A stretch of 64,000 nt of DNA, from contig JBBIUA010000003.1 in NCBI GenBank assembly GCA_037440445.1, positions 128,040-192,039 on the forward strand. The letters run 5' to 3'. How positions within the stretch are numbered: the stretch's first letter is position 1; each line of letters opens with the position of its first letter. This stretch comes from Ignavibacteria bacterium (GTDB taxonomy: Bacteria; Bacteroidota; Ignavibacteria; Kapaibacteriales; UBA2268). A program made the translations under genes and the position numbers. The notes beneath the pieces are model-generated. The model was not told the origin of the DNA. It was given only the letters and a program-made list of their open reading frames with translations, and did no database searches. Shown here piece after piece: positions 42,049 to 51,540 of the stretch.

Positions 42049-43152
42049 ATGAAAAGATTAATAGTAGATAAAATTTCAAAAAACTTCAACGAGAATTACA
42101 TATTAAGAAACATATCATTTGAAGTAACAGAAAACGATTTTCTTGTTTTGGTTGGTCCATCTGGGTGTGGTAAAACAACAACACTGCGCATAATTGCAGG
42201 ATTGGAACAACAGACTACAGGGAACATTATTTTCAACGATAGAATCTGGAATGACGTGCCACCTGGTAATAGAAATGTTGGTATGGTATTTCAAAACTAT
42301 GCCCTATACCCACATTTAAATGTATTCGAAAATTTAGCATTCCCATTGACAGTTCAAAAAGTTCCAAAACAGGAAATCAAACGTCGAGTATTAGAAATCG
42401 CTTCTTTACTTCAATTGGAAAAAAAATTGAAACAAAAACCTAAGGAACTTTCTGGCGGCGAAAGGCAAAGGGTTGCTTTAGGCCGGGCTATCATTCGGCA
42501 ACCAAATATTTTTCTTTTCGATGAACCTTTATCAAACTTGGATGCAAAACTCCGTGTTCTGATGAGGACAGAAATAATAAATTTGGTTCAAAGATTTAAA
42601 GTACCCTCGATTTATGTTACTCACGACCAAATTGAAGCATTAACAATGGGTACAAAAGTAGCAATTTTGAAAGAAGGTGTTATCCAACAAATTGGTACAC
42701 CCCGAGAAGTTTACTTTCACCCAAAAAATATATTTGTTGCAACATTTATAGGCTCCCCTCAAATGAATTTATTCAATTGCTTTTATTCCGATGGGATGGT
42801 TATCGAAAAGAATAAGTTATTCCAATTCAATATTTCAGATTTTCTCATTGACGCAAATAGTAAACTCGAGAATTTCCTAAAACAAAGTACGGAGTTTATT
42901 ATTGGAATTCGACCAGAAGATTTACAAATTGCAAACGAATCGTCGGGCATCATTCATTCACAAATCCGAACATACGAATATACTGGCTACGAAGCAATAG
43001 TTTACTTTGGAACCGCAGATAGTCTATTTTCCTTTATCGCAAAAGATTCTATGCTGAAATTTGAAACGAACGAGACAATCCACCTTTCTTTTGATTTTAA
43101 AAATCTTCATTTTTTCGATAAAAATGGAGACAGATTTGATTTTTTTGTGTAA
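42049..43152 (+). CDS. ABC transporter ATP-binding protein, MalK/MsmX-like with C-terminal TOBE domain, no permease nearby
   Basis: Walker A GPSGCGKTT, Q-loop, signature LSGGERQRVALGRA, Walker B IFLFDEP, H-loop VTHDQ. About 120 aa of beta-rich C-terminal regulatory domain. Confidence 0.85.
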   Translation: MKRLIVDKISKNFNENYILRNISFEVTENDFLVLVGPSGCGKTTTLRIIAGLEQQTTGNIIFNDRIWNDVPPGNRNVGMVFQNYALYPHLNVFENLAFPLTVQKVPKQEIKRRVLEIASLLQLEKKLKQKPKELSGGERQRVALGRAIIRQPNIFLFDEPLSNLDAKLRVLMRTEIINLVQRFKVPSIYVTHDQIEALTMGTKVAILKEGVIQQIGTPREVYFHPKNIFVATFIGSPQMNLFNCFYSDGMVIEKNKLFQFNISDFLIDANSKLENFLKQSTEFIIGIRPEDLQIANESSGIIHSQIRTYEYTGYEAIVYFGTADSLFSFIAKDSMLKFETNETIHLSFDFKNLHFFDKNGDRFDFFV

Positions 43153-43220
43153 AAATCAAAAAGAGCAATTTTATAAAAACAAAAAATAAATTTCTAAGAA
43201 AAAATTGCAACTAAATAGAT

Positions 43221-43571
43221 TTATTGAAGAAACAAAGAAAGAATATCCTGTGGATTAATATTTGCTTGAGCCTGCAATCCTTCGTTTTTTAGTTGCCCTT
43301 GTCGCAATGTTTCAACCTCTTTCAAGGCTTCTTCTAAAGTTTGAATTTGTTTAAATCTACCCTGACTCAAGGGATGATTATTCTCCACTTGGCTCTTATT
43401 GTCCAGATACTTTAAAGCAATATCGACAACGCTTCGTTGCCAATCATTCAATTGAAGTATGTCAATTTCTCTCCTATTCTCTTGCAAAGTTGCTTTAGTA
43501 GTCGCGGTTTTTGCAGTAATCTCTTTTACATCAAGTTTATTTTCCGTATTAGAAATTGAAACAATTTCCAT
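43221..43571 (-). CDS. Hypothetical protein (116 aa from ATG 43571 after GAGGGA; Q/E/L-rich C-terminus)
   Basis: The ORF runs to 43691, but the internal ATG has a good SD. I recognised no family. Confidence 0.4.
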   Translation of the reverse strand: MEIVSISNTENKLDVKEITAKTATTKATLQENRREIDILQLNDWQRSVVDIALKYLDNKSQVENNHPLSQGRFKQIQTLEEALKEVETLRQGQLKNEGLQAQANINPQDILSLFLQ

Positions 43572-43709
43572 CTTTCCCTCTTGTTTTTTTAAATTATTCT
43601 TTGTATTTTGGCTTTGAGCATTACATATTTTTGAAAAAAGTGAAAAACGACAAATTTCATACCAGAAAAAGAATGGTCTTACAATTGTCAAATAAAACAG
43701 GAGGCTTTT

Positions 43710-44216
43710 ATGAAATTTTTTATTCCACTTTTTATTTTACTTCTCCTTTTTTCTTGTTCAACAAGCGAAGAACAACTTTCTACTGAAGAGGAAGTAAAAG
43801 AAAAAGACAAAGTCATCGAAGTTTTGAAAGCTTACAACAAAGCCTACGAAAAGAAGAACTTCTCCGAGATGGTGAGATACCTTGCAAATGATTTGACTTT
43901 TTTTGGGAGCGACTCTGCTGAAACGATTAAGTCGCTTTCTGAGTTCAAAGTAGCAATTGAAAAGCAGTGGGAAGATATCGACTCAATGCGATATGGGGAT
44001 ATGGTCGATATTTTCATTCTTATGGATTCGAAAGGGAAGCTTGCCTCGGCAATTTATGGAATTCCTCTTGAATTGTGGACAAATGGGAAAAATGTACGTT
44101 TATTTTTACGAGTAGCACGAACATTGAAAAAAGAAGGGGGTAACTGGGTTATCGCAAGTGGTATTACTGGAATTACCCGCGCTTCAAAATCAGTTAAAGA
44201 ATTAATAGAAGAATAA
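43710..44216 (+). CDS. NTF2-like (SnoaL/DUF4440-like) lipoprotein
   Basis: Lipobox LLLFSCS. The EVLKAYNKAYEKKNFSEMVRYLANDLTFFGSD...GNWVIASG pattern is typical of the NTF2-like fold. Confidence 0.45.
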   Translation: MKFFIPLFILLLLFSCSTSEEQLSTEEEVKEKDKVIEVLKAYNKAYEKKNFSEMVRYLANDLTFFGSDSAETIKSLSEFKVAIEKQWEDIDSMRYGDMVDIFILMDSKGKLASAIYGIPLELWTNGKNVRLFLRVARTLKKEGGNWVIASGITGITRASKSVKELIEE

Positions 44217-44352
44217 ATTATTTCTTTATAACTTTTAGAAGAAAATATTTCCTCATTCATAAAGGTTCAAACCTTAGAACTTTCCATTTTAAATTTTGGA
44301 AAGGGCTTAAACTATAATTTATTCTTATTTTTGCATTTATGTTTATATAAAA

Positions 44353-47300
44353 TTGAATTTTAGAGTGAAGAAGATTATTTTTCTGGTCATCTGTTTCATT
44401 AACTATTTTCAAATTCTATTTCATACCGAATCCCAAGCACAACTCATCGATACGAAGATTGATTATCCTACCAATACTTATTTTGATGTATTGGACTTGC
44501 TAAACAACGGTCTTTTGAAGCCTTCGGGAAAAGAAATAACCCAACTTCTTGAAAACAATCATAATTTTCCTGCATACGAAAAATCAGTTTTACTTCAAAG
44601 TCAAACTGAATTCTTTTCTGGTAGAGTAGAATTTGCCAAGAAACTTTTAGAAAAATTTCTAAATAGTAATCCAAAATCTCTTTATGCTCCTTACTTTTAC
44701 GAAAATCTTGGGAACTTTTCATTCGAAATCAAACAATACGAGGATGCTAGTAAATATTATTTACTTGCTGTACAAGGTGGACAAAAAGAATACGCTTTGC
44801 GTAAGGATTATTCCTATTTTGAACTATCGGGTAGATGCCTTTATTGGAATGGTGTTGCTAAACTTATGAATGGGAAAGTTGATGCAAGTAAAGAAGCATT
44901 TGAGACTTGTTTTAGGAATTACCAAAAATCATCCATCGCCGACGATGCACTTTACTTTCTTGGCTTGATTTCAGAAATGAAGGGGGAAGAAGAAACGGCA
45001 ATCAATTACTATAAAACATTACAAAAGCAATATCCATATTCAAACGTTTTACTTGCCTCGAAAATCAGAGAAGCAAGCAATTATGTGACTCTTCGGCAAG
45101 ATGCCCAAGCACTAGTTGCACTCGATTTCGCAGAGAGGATTTACACAAAGATGCAAATCCGAGATTCTTTAGGTTTACTATATGAAAAACAGGATTATTC
45201 GGAGGACATCGAAGAGAAAATAAAGTTTCTTCGTGGCGAAGCCTATTTGATAGCATCTCGCTTCGATGAAGCTATTTTGGAATACAACGATTTCATTACA
45301 AAGTTCCCTCATTCAAAATATCTACTCGATACAAAATTAAAAATTGGTTTAGCTCTTTTAGAAAAGGGAGATTTTTTAAAAAGCATTGAACAATTCGATA
45401 GAATCATAACTGAATGCAAAGGTGAAGACCTACAACAAAAACAACTTGCAGAATTATATCGTGCTATGGCTAATCGACGCTTAGGTCGATTAAGCGAAGC
45501 ACAAAATTTGCTTTCCGAATTAGTTACGCGAAGCAACTATTCATTTTCATCAATAGTTTTACTTGAACTTGGTATGATTTACTACGAAAAAAAAGAATTC
45601 GATAAAGCAAATAAAACTTTCGAACGTGGATTAAGAGAATCTACTGACAATTTAATTACTGCTAAGTTGAATCTAATGCTTGGTGCAACAAACTTAGAAT
45701 TAAAAAACTACTCTCGGGCAATACAATACTACAAAACAGCGGAAGAACTTGCAAAACGTGCGACAAATGTTCAAATGCCAAACAAAAACTGGTTTATTGC
45801 TGAAACTCGATTGAAACAGGCAATTGCTCAAATTTATTCTTTTCGAAATGCAGAAGCAATTCCAAATCTGTTATATGTAATTGGAAACTTCCCATACGAC
45901 CAACGAAGCGAGGAAGCACTTTTTTGGTTAGCCGAAGCCTACTACCGTTCGGACATGCTACAAAATGCAATCGATAAATACGAAACTTTTATTGCGAAGT
46001 ACCCAAATAGCAAATATCGCGAAGAGGCTCTTTATGGATTAGGATGGTCATATTTCCGTTTAAAGAACTTTAGAAAATCGAGCGATATCTTTGCTAAACT
46101 TCTCGCTGAATTCCCTTCCTCGAAGTACAATGTTGAAGTTTGGCTGCGACAGGGCGACGGATATTATGTTCTTAAAGATTTTAAAAATGCTATAGAAAGT
46201 TACCGAAAAGTTATCAACCTAAGCCCAAAGAGTGAAGAAGCCCAATATGCAAATTACCAGATATGCCATTCCCTCTATAAAATGGGAAACTTGAACGATG
46301 CATATAACCAAGGGCTTGAGTTTATTAAAAAATATCCAAATTCTGCTTATGCACCAAATGCTCTATACCTCGCTGCTTGGATAAAATTCCAGCAAAAAGA
46401 GTATTCAGAAGCAATAAACAGTTTCAACTTTTTGATAGATGCTTACCCAAATAGTCTGCTTGTTCCAAGAGCAAGATATGCTATAGCTGATGCATTGTAC
46501 AATATGAGTAAATTCGAAGAGTCTGCTAAGGTTTATCAAGAAATTTTGGATAAATATCCATCAAGTCCACTCGTTGCGGATGCATTGCGAAGTCTGCAAT
46601 ACTGCTATATAGCCTTAGGCCGTGAGCAGGAAGCAATGCAAATTGCCGATGAGTATATCAATCGGAACCCTGAATCTCCTTTTGCAATGGATTTTATTTT
46701 AAAGAAAGGCCAAATGTTTTACACAGGCAAGAATTATAAAAATGCCATCGCTGAATTTCAGAATTTTATTCAAAAATTCCCAGAAAGCGATAAAAAACCC
46801 GAGGCATTGTTTTGGATGGCTAAAAGTTACCAAAGTCTGGGCGAAAGTGCAAATGTTATTAATCTTTTCAACGAGATAATTTCAAAATATAAATCCAGCG
46901 AATTTGCTCCTCAATCGATGCTCGAGTTAGGGTTGATTTATAAAACCAATGCCAATATCCAACTTGCAGATTCATTATTTACCCAACTACAAGAACAATA
47001 TTCCGACTCGCCTGAATCTGCTCAAGCAGGATTTGAACAAGCATCTATAAGATTTACTCTTGGAGACACAGCCTCAGCAATTCAAATCTGGAAAAAAATT
47101 GCTAATAATTTCGAAGGAACAGAATACGGCGACCAAAGTTTGTATAAAATTGCAATGTATTACCGACTTTCGGGTGCATACTCCGAGGCAATACGTGAAT
47201 TTACTCGTCTGGCAAGCTCTTCGCTCGACCCAAATCTTGCAGCAGAATCCCAATATCGACTTGGCGAAATTTACTACCGAATTGGCAACCGCGAAAAGGC

Positions 47301-47514
47301 AGTCGAAGAATTTTCCAAGGTACGAGATAAATTCGCTGGCATCGAGGATTGGTTTACACTCGCTCTTCTTAATCTGGGGGAACTTTTCGAACAACAAGGC
47401 AACACAGAAGAGGCAATTAACTGCTACCGCTCTATCCTTGCAACTCGCGAACCAGACGACTATACGAAAACTGCAAAACGCCGTCTCCAACTCATTGAGC
47501 AAAAATCAAAATAA
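44353..47514 (+). CDS. Giant tetratricopeptide-repeat protein with signal peptide (YbgF/CpoB-like TPR units throughout), ~1050 aa
   Basis: At least 15 TPR-like 34-mers (AYLIASRFDEAILEYNDFITKFPHSKY, ALFWLAEAYYRSDMLQNAIDKYETFIAKYPNSKY, and so on). The start is TTG 44353 or GTG 44365 (MKKIIFLVICF...). Confidence 0.75.
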   Translation: MNFRVKKIIFLVICFINYFQILFHTESQAQLIDTKIDYPTNTYFDVLDLLNNGLLKPSGKEITQLLENNHNFPAYEKSVLLQSQTEFFSGRVEFAKKLLEKFLNSNPKSLYAPYFYENLGNFSFEIKQYEDASKYYLLAVQGGQKEYALRKDYSYFELSGRCLYWNGVAKLMNGKVDASKEAFETCFRNYQKSSIADDALYFLGLISEMKGEEETAINYYKTLQKQYPYSNVLLASKIREASNYVTLRQDAQALVALDFAERIYTKMQIRDSLGLLYEKQDYSEDIEEKIKFLRGEAYLIASRFDEAILEYNDFITKFPHSKYLLDTKLKIGLALLEKGDFLKSIEQFDRIITECKGEDLQQKQLAELYRAMANRRLGRLSEAQNLLSELVTRSNYSFSSIVLLELGMIYYEKKEFDKANKTFERGLRESTDNLITAKLNLMLGATNLELKNYSRAIQYYKTAEELAKRATNVQMPNKNWFIAETRLKQAIAQIYSFRNAEAIPNLLYVIGNFPYDQRSEEALFWLAEAYYRSDMLQNAIDKYETFIAKYPNSKYREEALYGLGWSYFRLKNFRKSSDIFAKLLAEFPSSKYNVEVWLRQGDGYYVLKDFKNAIESYRKVINLSPKSEEAQYANYQICHSLYKMGNLNDAYNQGLEFIKKYPNSAYAPNALYLAAWIKFQQKEYSEAINSFNFLIDAYPNSLLVPRARYAIADALYNMSKFEESAKVYQEILDKYPSSPLVADALRSLQYCYIALGREQEAMQIADEYINRNPESPFAMDFILKKGQMFYTGKNYKNAIAEFQNFIQKFPESDKKPEALFWMAKSYQSLGESANVINLFNEIISKYKSSEFAPQSMLELGLIYKTNANIQLADSLFTQLQEQYSDSPESAQAGFEQASIRFTLGDTASAIQIWKKIANNFEGTEYGDQSLYKIAMYYRLSGAYSEAIREFTRLASSSLDPNLAAESQYRLGEIYYRIGNREKAVEEFSKVRDKFAGIEDWFTLALLNLGELFEQQGNTEEAINCYRSILATREPDDYTKTAKRRLQLIEQKSK

Positions 47515-47525
47515 CGAGGTGAAGA

Positions 47526-49099
47526 TGAAACTTTTCATTGTTATTCTTTCTGTTTTCGCAATATGTTTTAAATTATTTACCCAAAATGTTTCCCAACCAC
47601 TGGAACTTCCAAACTTTATTATCGAAGGAAAAGAACAAATCGATGTTCAAGTTGGAACAAAGCAAATGCCGGTGTTCCCGACCTATATTTCTCGTGGATT
47701 GCTCGACTCCTTAATAGTGGTTGAAAAACCAAGAAATTATGTTGTGTTTCCTGTTACTTTCCCTACTTCAAAATTTTCAAAAAAATATCCAAATGGATAT
47801 GCAAATCTTTCTGTTGGGAGTTTCCTTACAGGAAACTTTAATTGGGGTTATTCAGTAAACTTTACAGATTACGATATATTTACTTTTGGTGAAGTAAAAG
47901 CCAGCAAAGGGCATTTGGACAATGCTGGATACACAGGTATAGTTTTGGGCGCTCAATCTGAATACCTTGCACCAGATAAGTTTTTAATCTTTGGTGGAAG
48001 CAAAACAACTACTAACATAGAGTTCAAAAATCGTAATTATAAGTTATATGCAATAGACAATCCACCTTTTAGAACACAAACAGACTTTTTTGCGAAAGTG
48101 AACTCAATTGGCAATTTCGAAGGCTTTGATTTCAACACAGGCGCCAGTTTCGACATTTTTCATCAGAGTGGGGCTGGGAACTCATTGAACGAAACAACTC
48201 TTCGAGGTTTCCTCGAAATAATAAAAGCGAACTTCAATAATCAATTTGGGGGAAAAATTGCAATAGATTTTCGTTCTTTTATTAATAATTCTGCAAATTT
48301 TTTCGAAACCTACGGCTTTTACAAATTTGAATATGAACAAAACAAAATCGAACCACAAATTGGTTTTCAATTTACACGCTCGAGCAATGGCAATTCTCGC
48401 CCAATGATTCTTGCTGCCTTAAACATCGAAAGAATGTTGACACCCAACATCGAAATTTCTGGCGGAATTTCAAATAAGTTAAAAAATATTTCCTTCCACC
48501 AATTCGCTTCTGAAAATCCTTATCTTGCCGATTCAATATATCTTGACTATTCCAATTTCACTGAAATATATGCAAATCTAAAATTTCAACCGTCAAAGGA
48601 CATGTCCACAATTGTTGGTACAAAATTTTCGCTTGCAAAAAGGTATCCTGTTTTCAGGAACATTTCAAAAGAGTTCTTTATTATCGATTATCTCGATGCT
48701 ACATTTTTCCAGATTTTCGCCGAAGGTTATTGGATTGTTCCTCTTGTAGGCGATTTTTCTTTAAACTCAACTCTGAACTTTTCAACCCTTTCCAGAAACA
48801 AAAAGGAAGTTCCTTATGAACCTGTCCTAAAAGGAAGATTAGACTACCGAAGAAAATTTTTCGACAAACTAAACCTCAATCTGTTTGGCGAATCTACTGG
48901 AACAAGATATGCCGACCCAGAAAATCAGTTTTTACTCGAAGCATATAACAATATTGGATGCAACATTGAATATTCATTTTCGAATTCAATTTTTCTTTCA
49001 TTCAAAATTGAAAATTTATTAAATTCGAATGTGTGGATTTGGAATAATTATAAAGAAAGAGGTCTGAGTATTTACATTGCTTTAACTTATAAGTTTTAA
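47526..49099 (+). CDS. Predicted outer-membrane beta-barrel protein (524 aa, signal peptide, C-terminal ...YIALTYKF)
   Basis: ATG 47526 after GAGGTG, 11 nt past the TPR stop. Amphipathic beta-strands alternate along the protein. The final residue is Phe, as in OMP C-termini. The tracked ORF from 47060 is an out-of-frame upstream extension overlapping the TPR gene. Confidence 0.6.
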
Positions 49100-49100
49100 T

Positions 49101-51065
49101 ATGAATTTACAAATAGACAAAAACTTATACGATGAACGATATTATGGAGGCTTTGAACCAACCGACCCCGATGATGAGACTTTTATACTTGAAAAAATTG
49201 ACGAATACCCAGGAACTCTACCTTTTGAAACCAAAGGGTTAGAAAGCGAAAATTTAGACTTTCTTTCAGAATCTGAACAAAATCCCGAAATACCAACTAC
49301 CCTACAAAGTTACCAAATTACCAACCAAGAAGAATTAATTGAGAAAGAAATTGCCACTTACGAAGAAAAAGATTTTGAACAAAAAGAAGTCCTCCCCAAA
49401 ATTGGTAGGGAACAATTCGAAAAAGTTGGAAAAGAAGAGCGTGTACCAATTCCATATGAAAAATCTGGCATTGAAAAACTTGAGAAAGAGGTTCTACCAT
49501 ATGAAAAAGCCGGTTTGATTGAAAATGAAGAAGTTACCACATTCAAAAAAACACCCAAAGAAACTATACAAAAAGATACTTCTGAATATCAACCAAAGGA
49601 CAAACCAGTAAAATCTATTTGGGATATTTTTGAGGAAGAAACTCCAGTAATCGAAGAAACCACACAGCAAGCCGTCGAGGAAACTTCATCTATCGAAGAA
49701 GAAAAATCAGAAATAATTAACGAACAAGCCATTGACAATGAAATCGAACAAGAAACTAAACAAGAGGTAGAAGCCGCAAAAAAAGAACCCGAAACAATTC
49801 TTATCGAATCTCAAAGTATTGTTGATGTTCCTCTCGAAATTAAAATCGCCGAAATAAACCCAGAAGAATTTTCCAAAGTATTTGATGAAGATTTCCGAAA
49901 AACAATTTTGGAGGATTTAGCTAAAAGCGAACAAAGAAAAAAGGAAAAAGGTGGTAAAGAAATAGAAACCATAACTACAAAGGAAAAAGAAGAACTCCAA
50001 AGAGAACTAAATGAATCTTCTGGTGTTGAGCCCGTAAGCGAAATTATGGAATTTGACTTAAGCGAAATGCATTTGGATAAGCCTTCCGAAATCCTCGCTA
50101 AAGAATTAATTGAAAGCGGAGACCTTGACAAATTAGAAAAGAGGAAGAAAAAGGGAAGAAAAGAAAAAAAGCAACAAATTAAAGAACCCACCGAACAAAC
50201 TGCTTCATCCAGTGAAAGTGATGAAGTTGAAGAACAACACAAAGAGCATGAGCAAGTGACCGAACAGGAAATCGCTCCGACTGTTGTAGATGTTCAAAGT
50301 GAACAAAGCACCGAAGAGGCAGAAACTATAAAGGAGCCACCAACCGAAGAAACAGAGGAGAAAAAAAGACGGAAGGTCCCAGTCTTTTGGTTTGTCTTTG
50401 TAGGTCTTATTGTTTTGGCTTTACTTATTGGTGGATATTTTACATATCTTAATCTTATAAAAAAACCAAATGCAGAGAAAGAAATTGCAAATAAAGAAAC
50501 CGAGATAAACAAACCAAAAGTTCCAGAAATACAAAAGAAAGAAAAGCCAAAGGAAGAAGTTAAAACGCCAGAACCAATACAAACCCCAATAAAAGAAGAA
50601 GCCAAAGCAACAACTGATATTCAGAAAGAGAAACCCGAACCACCCCGAAAAATTGTTTCTGAAAAAACAATCAAAGAAAAAATTCCGCAAGTTAAGGGAA
50701 AACCCACCCCGGTTACTGAAAAACCCAAACCTATACGAACAGAAAAAAAATTTGCCTCGAAATTTTCATCAATCAATAAAACTAAAAAAGTAAAAATTGT
50801 CGAAGTTTCACCAGAAACCAAAACCACATTCATACCACAGTCAGAGTTTTCGATAGAAATTTTTTCCACAACAGAAATTGAAGAGGCAATTTATTGGGTA
50901 AACCAACTAAACCAAAAAGGTATAAATGCCTATATCAAACCCTACCGCTTTCGCAATATCAATCACTACAAAGTTCGAATTGGAAAATTCAGTTCACTCG
51001 ACGAAGCAAAAAATTTTGCTCGGGAACTTGGCTTCAAAAACTTCTGGATCGATAGAGTAAAATAA
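49101..51065 (+). CDS. SPOR-domain protein: ~420-aa acidic E/K-rich cytoplasmic region, one TM, K/P-rich linker, C-terminal SPOR (peptidoglycan-binding) domain
   Basis: ATG 1 nt after the beta-barrel stop. TM VFWFVFVGLIVLALLIGGYF. C-terminal FSIEIFSTTEIEEAIYWVNQLNQKGINAYIKPYR...YKVRIGKFSSLDEAKNFARELG is a SPOR fold signature. Confidence 0.65.
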   Translation: MNLQIDKNLYDERYYGGFEPTDPDDETFILEKIDEYPGTLPFETKGLESENLDFLSESEQNPEIPTTLQSYQITNQEELIEKEIATYEEKDFEQKEVLPKIGREQFEKVGKEERVPIPYEKSGIEKLEKEVLPYEKAGLIENEEVTTFKKTPKETIQKDTSEYQPKDKPVKSIWDIFEEETPVIEETTQQAVEETSSIEEEKSEIINEQAIDNEIEQETKQEVEAAKKEPETILIESQSIVDVPLEIKIAEINPEEFSKVFDEDFRKTILEDLAKSEQRKKEKGGKEIETITTKEKEELQRELNESSGVEPVSEIMEFDLSEMHLDKPSEILAKELIESGDLDKLEKRKKKGRKEKKQQIKEPTEQTASSSESDEVEEQHKEHEQVTEQEIAPTVVDVQSEQSTEEAETIKEPPTEETEEKKRRKVPVFWFVFVGLIVLALLIGGYFTYLNLIKKPNAEKEIANKETEINKPKVPEIQKKEKPKEEVKTPEPIQTPIKEEAKATTDIQKEKPEPPRKIVSEKTIKEKIPQVKGKPTPVTEKPKPIRTEKKFASKFSSINKTKKVKIVEVSPETKTTFIPQSEFSIEIFSTTEIEEAIYWVNQLNQKGINAYIKPYRFRNINHYKVRIGKFSSLDEAKNFARELGFKNFWIDRVK

Positions 51066-51540
51066 GAACTTTATTTTTAAAACTTTTCTTTCATCTTAAT
51101 CCACATTTTATTTTTTATCGGTGCTGGTAGTCATATATTCCAAAAATTTTCTTCTACTTTCATCGGCTTTATTCATCAAGTATTGAATTATTAATTGCTT
51201 CAAAAAAGACACCAATTTTTTGGACTTAAATAAAAAAATCGGGTGCAAAATATTTTTTTAAATTTCCTCGTATTTTAATCCTTCTTCTAAAAAATATGAT
51301 AGTTATTACACTTATTGACTTAATTTCAACAAAAATTAAAGAATTTTCAAGAGGAGATATCTATATAAGCAAACATATAGCAAGGCAATAACTCAGGGAA
51401 ATTTAAATAAATCAAACAAAGACAATTTAAATAAATAATCAAAAATTGTTATATAAAGAAAAGAATAAAAAATCGCACAAAATTACGATTTTAAGATCTC
51501 TGATAGCCCATTTGAAATTTAATCAACCTAATGGATTATT

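Noticed and set aside
43221-43571. Possible FlgM-type anti-sigma-28 factor
   Set aside because: Only the size and the Q/L-rich C-terminus fit. There is no convincing motif match and no flagellar genes in the window.
47060-47525. Tracked ORF 47060-49099 implying a 679-aa protein overlapping the TPR gene by 455 nt
   Set aside because: The upstream part is out of frame with, and nested inside, the strongly supported TPR gene. A signal-peptide start with an SD (GAGGTG-N3-ATG) occurs at 47526, right after the TPR stop.
49318-50869. Six minus-strand ORFs of 60-143 aa antisense to the SPOR gene
   Set aside because: These are low-complexity S/F/L-rich shadows produced by the GAA/AAA-rich sense strand. 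They have no starts with SD and lie wholly inside a coding gene.
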